Below, in pieces: positions 21,532 through 32,560 of a DNA stretch of 64,000 bases (its first letter is position 1; every line of letters begins with the position of its first letter). The DNA is from Ascoidea asiatica JCM 7603. Its lineage: Eukaryota; Fungi; Ascomycota. The stretch lies in the NCBI GenBank assembly GCA_001600695.1, contig BCKQ01000002.1, positions 240,513 through 304,512 of the forward strand, written 5' to 3'. Under the pieces are notes generated by a model. It worked only from the letters and a program-made list of their open reading frames with translations, was not told where the DNA came from and did not search any database. Made by a program: the position numbers and the translations under genes.

Positions 21532-23805
21532 TTATACATTTACTTTATCATTTAGTTTACGATTGATAATCCTGGCATTATTTACTAATATTAAAAGTAA
21601 ATCTTCAAATGTATGCCGATCATCATCTGCCTGTAAGGCTTCAAAACTTTCTAATAAATATTCTCGATTCATTTCTATTTCAAGTTCAAAACTATTGGTT
21701 GTAGTCATTTTACTTGGATCAAATCTCAGAGGGGTTTCGGTTTTTACTTTAGTAGCATCAATTCTGGTGTTAGTTTTAGTATGAAAGTAAGTATCCCTAT
21801 TTTTATGCCTTAATCCCTTTATGTTACCTTTTAAGGCTTCATTTGATTCCACAGGCAATTCTAATGACAACGATATTTTAAAATCAAATAAATTATTGGG
21901 ATTATGAATCAATAAATCAGCTATTCTGACCTTTGATATTGAATCCACTACTCTTCCAGTACTTGCATCCTTTGTAATTCTTGCTTCAAAAGGTTTTTCA
22001 TTTGGCCTTGCAACCTCATATTCATAATCAATATGATCTGTTTTAAGAACTTTGAATTCCGACTTTTTATCGGATTCTGCTAATGAATTCAAATATATCA
22101 TAAGTCTATGATACATATCATCACTAATACCAGGTTTGAACATATAATTATTTTGATCCACAACTATGACCTCGTTAGAGATAGGCAAATCAATCCTTCG
22201 GTCTTCTGCCCTAGACCATATATGCCCAAATTTGAATTCGAATTCAATAAATTTTAAGTGTTCTATAGGTTTAACTTTCAACATGTTAGCATACATCCAA
22301 TAAGTAATTTTTCGAAGCATGTCATCGTATGGCTGAATATTCAACATTGAAATTTGTAAGTCGTGCTTGAATTTAGGTTTACCTTGAATCTCAGATCCAC
22401 TTATAGGGTTAAAAACCTGGGGAATAGGAACAATAGACGGTATAGCTATAGGTATGGTATTTATCATTTGGGTTAATAAAGGATCAGGCTGTAAATTTTC
22501 TTTTGGAATCCAGTCTTGAGCCCAAATAGGAGGAGTTAAATATCGTTTTGGTTTTTGCTTTTTTTGAATTGTCTTTAAAAGTTGAAGCTCTTCAGAAATT
22601 CCTTTAATAGTTTTATCTTCGGATTCTGAAGTTGAAGTTTCTATTACTGTAACAGTTGACGTTGTTGTTGAGAGGTCTTGTTTTCTTTCAAATTTTTGTT
22701 CTTGTTCATTATTTTCTAGTTTTTCTTTCATCTGTTCCTTATCAACATTATTAATGAGAGCACTTATATCATTGGACTTTTTATTTATAGTATTAATATT
22801 TCTAGGCTCGTTCTGGAAGTTGTTTGACAGTTTATCATTATATAAATTAGAGGTTTCGGGCTTATTTATTAACATTTCTAATGAAGGTCGTTTAATTATA
22901 TTAGATTCTCGGTTTTTGGAGAAATCTTCCAGAAAAAATTTATCATTTCTCGAAGAATCATTTACAATACCAGGCTGAGGATTCATTAGGCTTTTTACAG
23001 GCATTTTCTGGATAGGTAACTGTTTTGAGACTGATGCTAGCTGAGATTGAGGTTGCTGTTGAATTTGAGGGTGGTTATTCAAGGATACAAGAGAAGAAGA
23101 TCTTTGTGTGGTAACAGGAGAATTTGAAACACTTGAGCCACCAGATATAGAACCAGAATTTATTAAATGGGTGTTAGGATTTGGATAGCCAGACAGTCTA
23201 GCAAATCTGGGAGTTTCCACTCCATTTAAATCTACATCATTTTCATTAGTTAAACTTGCAATACTAGTTCTTCTGAATTGATTGGCAGGAATGGTGGAAG
23301 AAGTGCTGGAATTTCTACTACTATCATTCATATTTTGGCTTTGATTTTGAATAGGGAAATTGAAAGTATGATTTGAATTGGAGTTGATTTGAGGCAAGGT
23401 TAAATTTCTGTTGATAGGATGAGGTGGGTTAAGAATTGAATTATTATTTCCAGCCATATTTCCTGGTGGAAGAGGAAATGTAGAAGACCCTTTTAATGAA
23501 TAAGGTGAACTAAATTGAGGAATAGAAGACAGTCTGGTGAACTTTTGATTATCAAATCTTTGAGTCTGTTGTGAAGTCTGTTGTAGTTGATGCAGATTTT
23601 GAATACTAGGAAGCTGCCCTGGTAACTGAATCGAGCTGAAATTTTCACTATTATTACCGATAATACTCGTATTAGAATTGCTTGTATTGAGAGTAGATCT
23701 TAGACCACTATTATTGTTCTGATGATACGAGTTCAAATCCGAATTTGGATTTTCTTTCTCTTGAGAATTATCATTGTTCAATATTCTCATGAAATCTCTG
23801 GCCAT
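21532..23805 (-). CDS. CET1: mRNA capping enzyme beta subunit, RNA 5'-triphosphatase
   Basis: PPIWAQDW guanylyltransferase-binding motif; IEFEFKFG, FDFKISLSLE, RHKNRDTY, RIDATKV and FELEIE triphosphate-tunnel motifs. Confidence 0.93.
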   Translation of the reverse strand: MARDFMRILNNDNSQEKENPNSDLNSYHQNNNSGLRSTLNTSNSNTSIIGNNSENFSSIQLPGQLPSIQNLHQLQQTSQQTQRFDNQKFTRLSSIPQFSSPYSLKGSSTFPLPPGNMAGNNNSILNPPHPINRNLTLPQINSNSNHTFNFPIQNQSQNMNDSSRNSSTSSTIPANQFRRTSIASLTNENDVDLNGVETPRFARLSGYPNPNTHLINSGSISGGSSVSNSPVTTQRSSSLVSLNNHPQIQQQPQSQLASVSKQLPIQKMPVKSLMNPQPGIVNDSSRNDKFFLEDFSKNRESNIIKRPSLEMLINKPETSNLYNDKLSNNFQNEPRNINTINKKSNDISALINNVDKEQMKEKLENNEQEQKFERKQDLSTTTSTVTVIETSTSESEDKTIKGISEELQLLKTIQKKQKPKRYLTPPIWAQDWIPKENLQPDPLLTQMINTIPIAIPSIVPIPQVFNPISGSEIQGKPKFKHDLQISMLNIQPYDDMLRKITYWMYANMLKVKPIEHLKFIEFEFKFGHIWSRAEDRRIDLPISNEVIVVDQNNYMFKPGISDDMYHRLMIYLNSLAESDKKSEFKVLKTDHIDYEYEVARPNEKPFEARITKDASTGRVVDSISKVRIADLLIHNPNNLFDFKISLSLELPVESNEALKGNIKGLRHKNRDTYFHTKTNTRIDATKVKTETPLRFDPSKMTTTNSFELEIEMNREYLLESFEALQADDDRHTFEDLLLILVNNARIINRKLNDKVNV

Positions 23806-24421
23806 TATTTCAAATATATAAATGAATCACTAAAATTGAATTTAAATATAAAAACACCGACTAGAAAAAATATTAGTAATGAAAAATTTAAAGTATGTAG
23901 ATGACTATAATGCTAAGGTTATTATAATTCAGATAAAAAAGCGAGCACGCTTAATTGAAAAAGATACAATATGAACAATGGTTCTAGAGCTCTATTGTAA
24001 AGTTTCTGAAAATACTGTAGTGCTAATTAGTTTAATACTTATTGTTTAATGGTAATTTATTTCATATTATTTTTCAACTATTTCTTAGGCATTTGCTGGT
24101 TATTTCTTGTTTTTGTGTTTATTATTTGTTTATTTATTCCAATTCCTGCTTTTGATTCTAATTGTTTTGCGAATTTTCTGTTTTGCGTACGCTAAGAAAA
24201 TTTTAAAAGGTTTAAGAGTTTAAACCCCAATATAGAGGTTTGTGATGACCCTTCGTACTGGTTTCCGGAAAATCAAAGAAATTTCAAACTTTCACGAAAG
24301 TTTTTCAGTAGGAGAAAAATATTGGCATAAATTTTTGATTTATGTAGATAAAAAAAATTTTGAAAATCAATAAAAAAATAAAACTAAAGTCAGGAAAAAG
24401 GCAGCAAGTAAACTGAATGAG

Positions 24422-26908
24422 ATGGGTTCGGGATTCAAAGAGCTCTCAAAAATTGGCACATCTCTAAATTTCTTCGTTCAGTCAAGATCAATTGTAAATG
24501 TTTCCTCAAATAAGCATAAACGAAGATTTGACCCTACTCGTCTATCTTTATCAGCTCTCCAGGATTATATATTAGAAGGAGATATCAAATCAAACAAACA
24601 AAATAAAGCAAATCTTTCCTTAGATTTATCTAGAATAAAAAGAATAGATCAAATAACCAAAAAATTTAAAGAAAGGGTGAATAAAAATGAGAGTTTAAAG
24701 AAAAAATCAATTCAAAATGAACTATTATCTTCTACACTAGAGAACGATGATTATGAAAAAGATTCAAATACCATTTTAAATAGTATATATCCACCTCCAG
24801 TGGACCTTGATCCTGTAAATATAAAGTCAATAAAATCAGAGAATAGTAATTACCAATCTTTATCATCTCTTCCTAGCTTGAAAAATATAGAACTAAAAGA
24901 TAAAATAATAAATGCTTTTTATAAAGATTGTGACAATCATACCAAGTCATTTTTTGATGAACCGGCAATTGGAATAACTTTACCAGACTCAATATTCGAT
25001 AAAATTAAATCTTCTTCAATAATTAATATAGTTTCCAAGCATAATCAGAATTGGGTAGCAGTTATTCAAGATTTATATAAAAATAAAAATGGGTTTCAGA
25101 ATGTATCTATTGAAGATATAGAAAACTTTTTACATCTAATTCCAGTAGATCAGAGGCAGCATATAATTCCTATTTTTTTAGAAATGTTATCTGATCAAAA
25201 CTTAAAGCCAACACGATATATGTATGATTGTATTTTACAATCTATTGCAAAAACTGGCAACAATAATATGATAGATTCATTTTATGATCAAATGATATCA
25301 GAAAAGATTCCTCCAACTATATATACATTTGGTAACGTATTTTCTTGCATATCTAAATCTGTTTTATATCTCAATTATCCAATCAAGCAAGAAGAGATTT
25401 TTTCTAAAATGAATTATTATTTGTCTCAAATGAAAGAATATAATATTGAAATTAAACAAAATTTAGTTATTATTACCACTTTATTACAAATATCAATCAA
25501 ATTGAATAATATGAAACAATGTGCTGAAATTTATGATATGTTTAAATTCAATTCAATCAAAATTGATACAAAAGTTTATAATTCTTTAATATTACTCTAT
25601 TATAAAAATAAGAATATTCCAAAATGTTTAGATTTATATGAAGATATGATTTTAAACTCAGTGGAACCTGATTTTCAAACATTTACAACCTTAGCAAAAG
25701 CTTGTTCAAGAGAGAATAAATTTATCTTAAAGGGGTGGGATTTTTTTGTGAAAGCTTATATTCAGAATAAAAATGATATTAATGAGACTTTGCTAGAAAC
25801 ACTTATGTTTCTTTGTGTAAAAGATTCGGATTTAGTTATGGTACGAGTGTTATTTTCTAAAATTTATCAATCTACAAATAAAATAGAACCGAAATTATTA
25901 AATCATCTTTTAACGGGTTATAAAGGTGCTCAAAGTTCCAGAACAACCCTAAACGAGAAAAAACTTCCTGTCATGTTAAGTTTTAGTTTTGGTATTAATT
26001 TAAGAAGAAATATATTAACATCTGTTAATTTTAAAAGCTTCATATTGCCTTCTGAATACGAAGACGTAAAAAATCAAGATATTAAAACCTTACCGTTATT
26101 ACCGATTTATGAATTGAACAATGATTCACAAATAATCGCTGAATCTAATGCTATATGGTCTTATTGCCTAACAAACTATCCGGATTCTATAAGTATTGAA
26201 AACGTTGGAGCTTTCTTAAATGTTGCGGTGGAACAAGGTGAAAATGTTGATGAGTTTATCAATAGATTTAATAAAACCTCTTATTTTGAAGATGAAGCTT
26301 TGATTTTCAAAAAGCATGATAAATCAGGAGTTTTATCCATTATTGAAGAGGAAGTTGAAAAATACAATATATCTGAGGAAACAGAAAATCACATTAATGT
26401 TAATGTAAATCATAAGAATATTAAAACTGCAATACCTAAAGCATTAGAGGAAAGTAGTCATTTAGATTTTAAGCTTGCAAGAAATGATGTATTATATAAC
26501 ATTGCATTAAAGGCTGCAAGAAAATATAAAAATATAGAATTTGCTCAACAAATTTGGATAGAAAGAGGGAAATTTAGAAAAACCTCAGCTTTTAAAAATA
26601 ATGATAATGTTACCAAGAGAAGAAAAGATTTTGAATTTGCAAGAGCTATGATAAATACATTTATTTCCATTGGTTATTTAAAAGATGCTTTAAATATCGT
26701 TTTGAGTACGGAAAGTCAGTTTGATTGGAACTTTTATTATCTCAAAAACTTGTATGTTGCAGCAGAAAATATAGGTGATGAGTATATAAGAAAAAGTGTA
26801 AGTCAAATTTGCAATTCTAAAAAACATAGTAAAAGGGAATTAAAAGAAATGTTAAAGCAAGAAGAATTCAAAAAAAAACATCCAAATAGTTCATTCATGG
26901 GGATTTAA
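24422..26908 (+). CDS. CCM1: Mitochondrial pentatricopeptide-repeat protein, Ccm1-like
   Basis: Basic presequence; PPR motifs (VYNSLILLYYKNKNIPKCLDLYEDMILNSVEPDFQTFTTLAKAC); ESNAIWSY and IWIERGKFRK segments recalled from the Ccm1 family. Confidence 0.75.
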   Translation: MGSGFKELSKIGTSLNFFVQSRSIVNVSSNKHKRRFDPTRLSLSALQDYILEGDIKSNKQNKANLSLDLSRIKRIDQITKKFKERVNKNESLKKKSIQNELLSSTLENDDYEKDSNTILNSIYPPPVDLDPVNIKSIKSENSNYQSLSSLPSLKNIELKDKIINAFYKDCDNHTKSFFDEPAIGITLPDSIFDKIKSSSIINIVSKHNQNWVAVIQDLYKNKNGFQNVSIEDIENFLHLIPVDQRQHIIPIFLEMLSDQNLKPTRYMYDCILQSIAKTGNNNMIDSFYDQMISEKIPPTIYTFGNVFSCISKSVLYLNYPIKQEEIFSKMNYYLSQMKEYNIEIKQNLVIITTLLQISIKLNNMKQCAEIYDMFKFNSIKIDTKVYNSLILLYYKNKNIPKCLDLYEDMILNSVEPDFQTFTTLAKACSRENKFILKGWDFFVKAYIQNKNDINETLLETLMFLCVKDSDLVMVRVLFSKIYQSTNKIEPKLLNHLLTGYKGAQSSRTTLNEKKLPVMLSFSFGINLRRNILTSVNFKSFILPSEYEDVKNQDIKTLPLLPIYELNNDSQIIAESNAIWSYCLTNYPDSISIENVGAFLNVAVEQGENVDEFINRFNKTSYFEDEALIFKKHDKSGVLSIIEEEVEKYNISEETENHINVNVNHKNIKTAIPKALEESSHLDFKLARNDVLYNIALKAARKYKNIEFAQQIWIERGKFRKTSAFKNNDNVTKRRKDFEFARAMINTFISIGYLKDALNIVLSTESQFDWNFYYLKNLYVAAENIGDEYIRKSVSQICNSKKHSKRELKEMLKQEEFKKKHPNSSFMGI

Positions 26909-27128
26909 TCTATAACAAAGATTGAATCAAAATGTGTAAATAGCTTTGTATATATACTGTAGTATTTCTTTTTTTTTCTATTTATAAATGGAGACGATTT
27001 AGCGATTGTCTAAAAGTATTAATGCAAATAAAAATCTGAACAATAAATTCAGTAAAAAGCAATATATAATTTAAGGAATAGTGTTTTTTCAATTATAAGA
27101 AAACGAAAGAAAATGGTTTTAGTGAGAA

Positions 27129-27823
27129 TTAACTGAGATCTTTTCCAAAAATAATTGCACCAACCGGTTCATCAGTTCCGGTTAATCTGCCAGCATTCTT
27201 AATGTAACCTATTCTTTCAAACCCTAAAGAATCCCAGATTTTATAACTTCCAGGATTATTTTCAAATACAAGATTAAAAACAGAATAAGTATATCCAAGT
27301 TTAGGAGCCCATTTAAGATACATTTTACCTAAATTTTTTCCAATTTTGAGTCCAGAACCTCTATATTTAAAGTTAACTAAAAACCCAGCATTACAATTAT
27401 GTGAACAGTGGCCAGCATAATTTGGTTTAATGTAATTCATACCAAGAAAGCAAGTATCCCAATCATTGAAGTTAGGATCTTTTATTTTCTTAGAAGTTGA
27501 TTCAATATTACCCAATAACATTATATTACTAAAAAATGAAACCAATGATGATCAAACTCATCTTTGGATAATGGATAAAATTGTGGATAAGTGTCACCTT
27601 TTAAAATTTCTTTATTGAATAGTTCAAAACAATAATTAAATAAGGTTTCTGAAATCTCATCTTTTGATTCAATTGGAAAACAAGTTGCTTTTAGATCATC
27701 TTTCAAAATAATTTCTTCTGGTTTACTAATTAATTTTATTTTTTCAGCTTTGATTTTCAAAAGCTCTTCTTCATGATTTTCACTGAATGGCACAGAACTA
27801 GAACCTGAAAATTTGGTAGCCAT
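27129..27823 (-). CDS. GNAT N-acetyltransferase, Mpr1-like (azetidine-2-carboxylate acetyltransferase family), interrupted by a -1 frameshift at about 27530-27536
   Basis: The 5' ORF ends GDTYPQ...EFDHHWFHF. The 3' ORF continues FSNIMLLG...YIKPNYAGHCSHNCNAGFLV...LGYTYSVFNLVFENN...IWDSLGFERIG. Adding one T gives a single 231-aa protein. Confidence 0.8.
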
Positions 27824-28382
27824 TTTGTATTATTCTATAATAGCAAAAAAAGACTATTATATATAAAAAAAAAAAAAAAAGTTGAATGAGAAACTAATAT
27901 TTCTTCTTTTTACTATTTTTAATAACAAAAAAAAAAAAAAAAAATTGGTGATTTAAAATCTGCTTTATTTGAATAGAGTATGTTAATTAATTAATTAATC
28001 TAATTACTCATAAGCCATAAATTCATTATGAGAACAAATCTAAGACTGATTCGAGTTGAGAAAACTACTTATTTAGGACAAAAAGCCGTCAAATATTTTT
28101 CACATGACTTACCCATTACAGTGGTTTTAATTTATACTATACGCATTTTTATACCGTTGATGGCTTGTTTTTGAATAAAAAAATAAAAATACTAAACTTT
28201 AGGAAATTGAGTAAAGTAGTTTTGGAAATTGAAACAATTAAATCACTTAATGTTCACTTTAAATGATCTGATAAAACATTTTATTGATCAAGAAGTGATT
28301 CAATGATAGAATCCAAAACTAAATATAAAAAAAATTTAAGAATAAGTTATTTAGATAAGTGATTTATACACTTTTCAAATCA

Positions 28383-28907
28383 ATGAGCTTTTTTAATTCT
28401 AGATTAAAATCAACATTTAAAGTTGGAATAATAGGATTATCATGGATTCCAGTAGCTATAGTGTTTGATAAACATTTTTATTCATTATATACAGTTAAAG
28501 GTAGTTCAATGAAACCAACATTTAATGATATTAAAGGTGAATTAACAACAGTTTTAATATCGAAATATTATTCTAAAGATATAAATAATATAAAAATTAA
28601 TGATGTTGTAGTATTAATGTCACCAAATGATTCTGAGAAAATTGTTGTTAAAAGAGTTAAAGGTATTCAAGGAGATACAATTAAAACAAGATATCCATTT
28701 CCAAGAAATAAATGTTATATTCCAAGAAATCATTTATGGGTTGAGGGTGATAATATTCATTCATTAGATAGTAATACATATGGACCAATATCTTGTGGTT
28801 TAATTACAGGTAAAGTAATAAAAATAATATCACCTTTAAGAAAAGTTGGAGATATTCCTAATGGTGGTAGAGAAGCAAGACTTTCTAAAATTGAATTAAC
28901 TATTTAA
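28383..28907 (+). CDS. IMP2: Mitochondrial inner membrane peptidase subunit 2
   Basis: LSWIPV, GSSMKPT (catalytic Ser), VVKRV (Lys), PRNHLWVEGDN.HS.DSNTYGPIS; ATG at 28383. Confidence 0.88.
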   Translation: MSFFNSRLKSTFKVGIIGLSWIPVAIVFDKHFYSLYTVKGSSMKPTFNDIKGELTTVLISKYYSKDINNIKINDVVVLMSPNDSEKIVVKRVKGIQGDTIKTRYPFPRNKCYIPRNHLWVEGDNIHSLDSNTYGPISCGLITGKVIKIISPLRKVGDIPNGGREARLSKIELTI

Positions 28908-28935
28908 TATATTTAATATGTTTTAATTAATTGAT

Positions 28936-29928
28936 TTACAATAAATTTCTAATTTTAAATTCATTAAGTAAAGCATTACCAAGACCAGCAGGAGAAGGTT
29001 CAACTATAACACCAGCAGATTGTAAAGCAGCAATTTTAGATTTAGCATCACCTTTACCGCCAGCAACAATTGCACCAGCGTGACCCATTCTTCTGCCAGG
29101 AGGAGCAGAAACACCGGCAATAAAAGCAACTACGGGTTTTGGAGATTCTCTAGTTAAATTATATTGTTTCAAGAATTCACTTGCATCTTCTTCAGCAGTA
29201 CCACCAATTTCACCAATCATTATTATACCTTCAGTTTCAGGATCATTTAAGAATAAAGTTAAACCATCAATGAAATTAGTACCGGGAAATGGATCACCTC
29301 CCATTCCTATAACTAAAGTTTGACCTAAACCAACTTTTGTTGTTTGATCAACAGCTTCATAAGTTAAAGTACCAGATTTTGAAATAATACCAATTCTACC
29401 TTTTTTATGAATATGTGAAGGCATAATACCAATTTTACATTCTTCAGAAGCAATTAAACCTGGACAATTTGGACCAACTAATCTTGTTTTTGATTGAGTT
29501 TTTAAAATTTGAGAAATTCTTAACATATCATGTTGTGGTATACCTTCAGTGATACAAACAGCTAAATCTAATTCCGCCTCTATAGCTTCTTCAATTGCAC
29601 TTGCAGCAATTGAAGGGGGTACAAAAATACCAGTTGCAGTACAACCGGTTGCAGCTTTTGCATCTTTAACATTTGCAAAAACTGGTTTACCAAGATGAAT
29701 TTGTCCAGCTTTTTTTGGATTTGTACCTCCAACAATTTTTGTACCATAATCTAAAGCTTGTTGAGCATGAAATGAAGCTTGTTTACCAGTGAAACCTTGA
29801 AATATAACTTTCGTATTTTTATTAACTTTTAAATTTGGAATTGTATCCGAATAAGAATTATTTACAAAAGAAGTTGAAAATCTTCTTATATTAGATTTTT
29901 GTGAATTTATTTTAAAATTTTTTAACAT
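28936..29928 (-). CDS. LSC1: Succinyl-CoA ligase alpha subunit, mitochondrial
   Basis: [37 protein letters not shown]; mitochondrial presequence. Confidence 0.97.
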   Translation of the reverse strand: MLKNFKINSQKSNIRRFSTSFVNNSYSDTIPNLKVNKNTKVIFQGFTGKQASFHAQQALDYGTKIVGGTNPKKAGQIHLGKPVFANVKDAKAATGCTATGIFVPPSIAASAIEEAIEAELDLAVCITEGIPQHDMLRISQILKTQSKTRLVGPNCPGLIASEECKIGIMPSHIHKKGRIGIISKSGTLTYEAVDQTTKVGLGQTLVIGMGGDPFPGTNFIDGLTLFLNDPETEGIIMIGEIGGTAEEDASEFLKQYNLTRESPKPVVAFIAGVSAPPGRRMGHAGAIVAGGKGDAKSKIAALQSAGVIVEPSPAGLGNALLNEFKIRNLL

Positions 29929-30409
29929 ATTGAAGCTTTATATATTTTTCAATTATTATATATATTGAGTAGTGATGAAATGAAATTATTGAAGAACTGG
30001 ATAAATGAAATTCTATAGAAAAGAATATATGAATGAATATGAATAGGAATAAGAATAATGAAAATTGAATATCATTTTATAAATATTTAAGATTATTTAA
30101 ATGATTCAACGATTTAATGATTTAGTAATTTAAGAATTTAATAATTTCGGAAGAGGTACTAATAATCATAACAGTAAAGATAAATGGATAATAATAACAA
30201 ATTTTTGAATAATTACCAAAGTAATAAATAACTAATATTTCCCGGAGTTGAAAAGTTTAAAAGATACTGACGTTAATTATAGCTACATTTAATTTGATCA
30301 TGTTTAGGTTTATGTCAGTTAATTTGAATGAAAAATTACAAAAAATAAAACAATTGAAAAACTGAAAAGTCATGATGAATTCAATCAGTGAAATTGAATC
30401 AGAAAGCTC

Positions 30410-30414
30410 ATTGG
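30410..30414 (-). promoter_or_regulatory. CCAAT box (Hap2/3/5) upstream of LSC1
   Basis: CCAATGA on the minus strand about 480 bp upstream of a TCA-cycle gene; a short motif, so weak evidence. Confidence 0.3.
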
Positions 30415-31072
30415 CCTGGAAGTAACAGCTCAGAAGACTGATTTATATCAATATTGACAGGTTCTGGAAAGAAGAGCTGAGGCCCTGTGGAAAATTAAAA
30501 GATTTGAAGATTTGCAGATTTGAGAATTCAAAGCCAGTTTATTTGATGATTGAAGCTGAAAGCAGTAACATCAACGAGAGTGACGCGAATGAAAACTCTT
30601 GAAAAACCCACAGGAAGATGATTCTGCTTCTTGAGAGTCAGAAGCAGAGGCAGAAACAGAGGCATTGAGAGTTAAGTTAAGTCACGTGGTGTTATGTCGG
30701 AAGAAGCCAGACTCGAGCCGAGCATAAGTACGGACACAGGCCCTCGGACGGGCGCGAGGCAACCGAGTTTTCGGCTAGACTGCTCCAGCTGTCCGGGTCC
30801 AACATCGGCCATTGTCGTGCTAACACAAACAAACGAAGGAGCGAAAGTGCTTTTCACCCGATCGATGCTTAATTTATCAAATATTCAGATCTTGGATTTC
30901 GTTTGGATCCAAGATAATGGCTTCAGTAAGACTTGTGTGTGTGGATTTGTATGCAGATTTCCTCATTGACCCGCCTTTATGGATTCATTTCGTATGTTCA
31001 TCTAGCTATATTCTGTATAATCATTAAAAAAAAAATGGTATTCTTATATTATTATCATTATGTTCATTATTA

Positions 31073-32056
31073 TTATATTAAAGAAGAGTTCTCATCTATA
31101 ATCTCTCCATTATTTGTTTCTCTGTTGTTGTTATTGTTGTTTTGATGGTTTGTTTTCCTAGAACTAGAATTATACAACCACACTTGAAAGAAGAAAAAAA
31201 TATCTAAAAATATTGTTCCTCCACTACCTAATAGATATGGTAATTCATTTTTAAAGAAAATCCATTTATCTTTATTATTACCATTTAAAAATGTGCAACT
31301 TGTTAATATAGATAATGTATAATTTAAATTTCCCATTAAAGCTGATGCAAAAAGGTATGGTGATAAATCTGTTGATTTTTTTTTATAATTCTTATAAAGT
31401 TGTGGAATTCTAGCTGATAAATAAAACATTGTACAAAGCCATGATATCATTATTCCACTATTTATTATTCCAAAGTTTTTTATACCATTTATTACATTTA
31501 TATGCTTCGTATTAGATACTAAATTTAATGTTATAGGAGCTGCTGATGCACTTAGTGAATTAGATACAAAACTTGATGCCATCACTGTTTTTATAAAATA
31601 TCCTGAATTTAATGAATTTTTAATATCAATTCCAATTTTTTTATTTCTTTCATTGTGATTATTTGTTCCATACCCTTCATCTAGTATATCAACATCACCT
31701 TCATTTTGATTATTATTAACATTATCAATAATATTATTATTATTCACAACCAAATAATCTTTGTTATCATAATATCTACTATAATAAACATATTGAAATA
31801 ATAATATTAAATCATTGAATAAAAAATAAATACTAAGATATAATTGAAAAGGTAGTTGATCTGTTAGTAAACATCCAACCATATTTGTTAAATCTCCCAA
31901 AAACCAATTAATTAAAAATAATGGTGAAATTGCTTCAACTGATTTATCTTTATAATTTTTGATTTGTTGTGGTAGTTGTGCAATTAACCATGATGATAGT
32001 GATATTATACTAAAAAAATATGATAGGCTTCCAACTCCATCACAATTCATTTCCAT
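31073..32056 (-). CDS. PQ-loop vacuolar cationic amino-acid transporter (Ypq1/2/3-like)
   Basis: Two PQ-loop repeats (SWLIAQLPQQIKNY; YLSARIPQLYKNY), WFLGDLTN, LPYLLGSGGT. Confidence 0.88.
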   Translation of the reverse strand: MEMNCDGVGSLSYFFSIISLSSWLIAQLPQQIKNYKDKSVEAISPLFLINWFLGDLTNMVGCLLTDQLPFQLYLSIYFLFNDLILLFQYVYYSRYYDNKDYLVVNNNNIIDNVNNNQNEGDVDILDEGYGTNNHNERNKKIGIDIKNSLNSGYFIKTVMASSFVSNSLSASAAPITLNLVSNTKHINVINGIKNFGIINSGIMISWLCTMFYLSARIPQLYKNYKKKSTDLSPYLFASALMGNLNYTLSILTSCTFLNGNNKDKWIFFKNELPYLLGSGGTIFLDIFFFFQVWLYNSSSRKTNHQNNNNNNRETNNGEIIDENSSLI

Positions 32057-32560
32057 TTCTTTTTTTATTTCTATTTCTGTTTCTAATTCTGTTTCTGTTT
32101 ATATTTTTATTTCGATATTTATATCTATATAAATTATTTGCATATAGAAGAAAATAAAAGAAAAAAAAAAAACGAAAAGGAATAAATCACAATAGATATA
32201 TCCTAGAACCAAAAGCAAAAAATAAAAACTGCATTTCATATATTATCCATGGCGTTACTCATTGCCAAAACTAGATTCTGGTATCTGATTGATTTTGATA
32301 GCAGATTCGCCACTGCACTCTACGGAACTCTACTTCCACTCGCTTGGTCACTCATTGATTTCACTGATAAGGTCCTGTACCATGCTATCGATGCCAGAGC
32401 CTCCTCGCGCTGCTATGTTCTCCCGTTCAGGCAGGGAACAGCGGCGTCCCCCTTTCTTCCTCAAAAAACTCTGCACACTCGCATTTCAGCTACACACACT
32501 CTGGTGAATTTGGTGAATTTGCTAAATTTGCTAAATTTGCCAAATTTGATGAACTAGTGA

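Noticed and set aside
30372-30441. ATGATGA...CTGA as a possible C/D snoRNA
   Set aside because: No convincing terminal stem and no rRNA-complementary guide recognised; these short boxes are frequent by chance.
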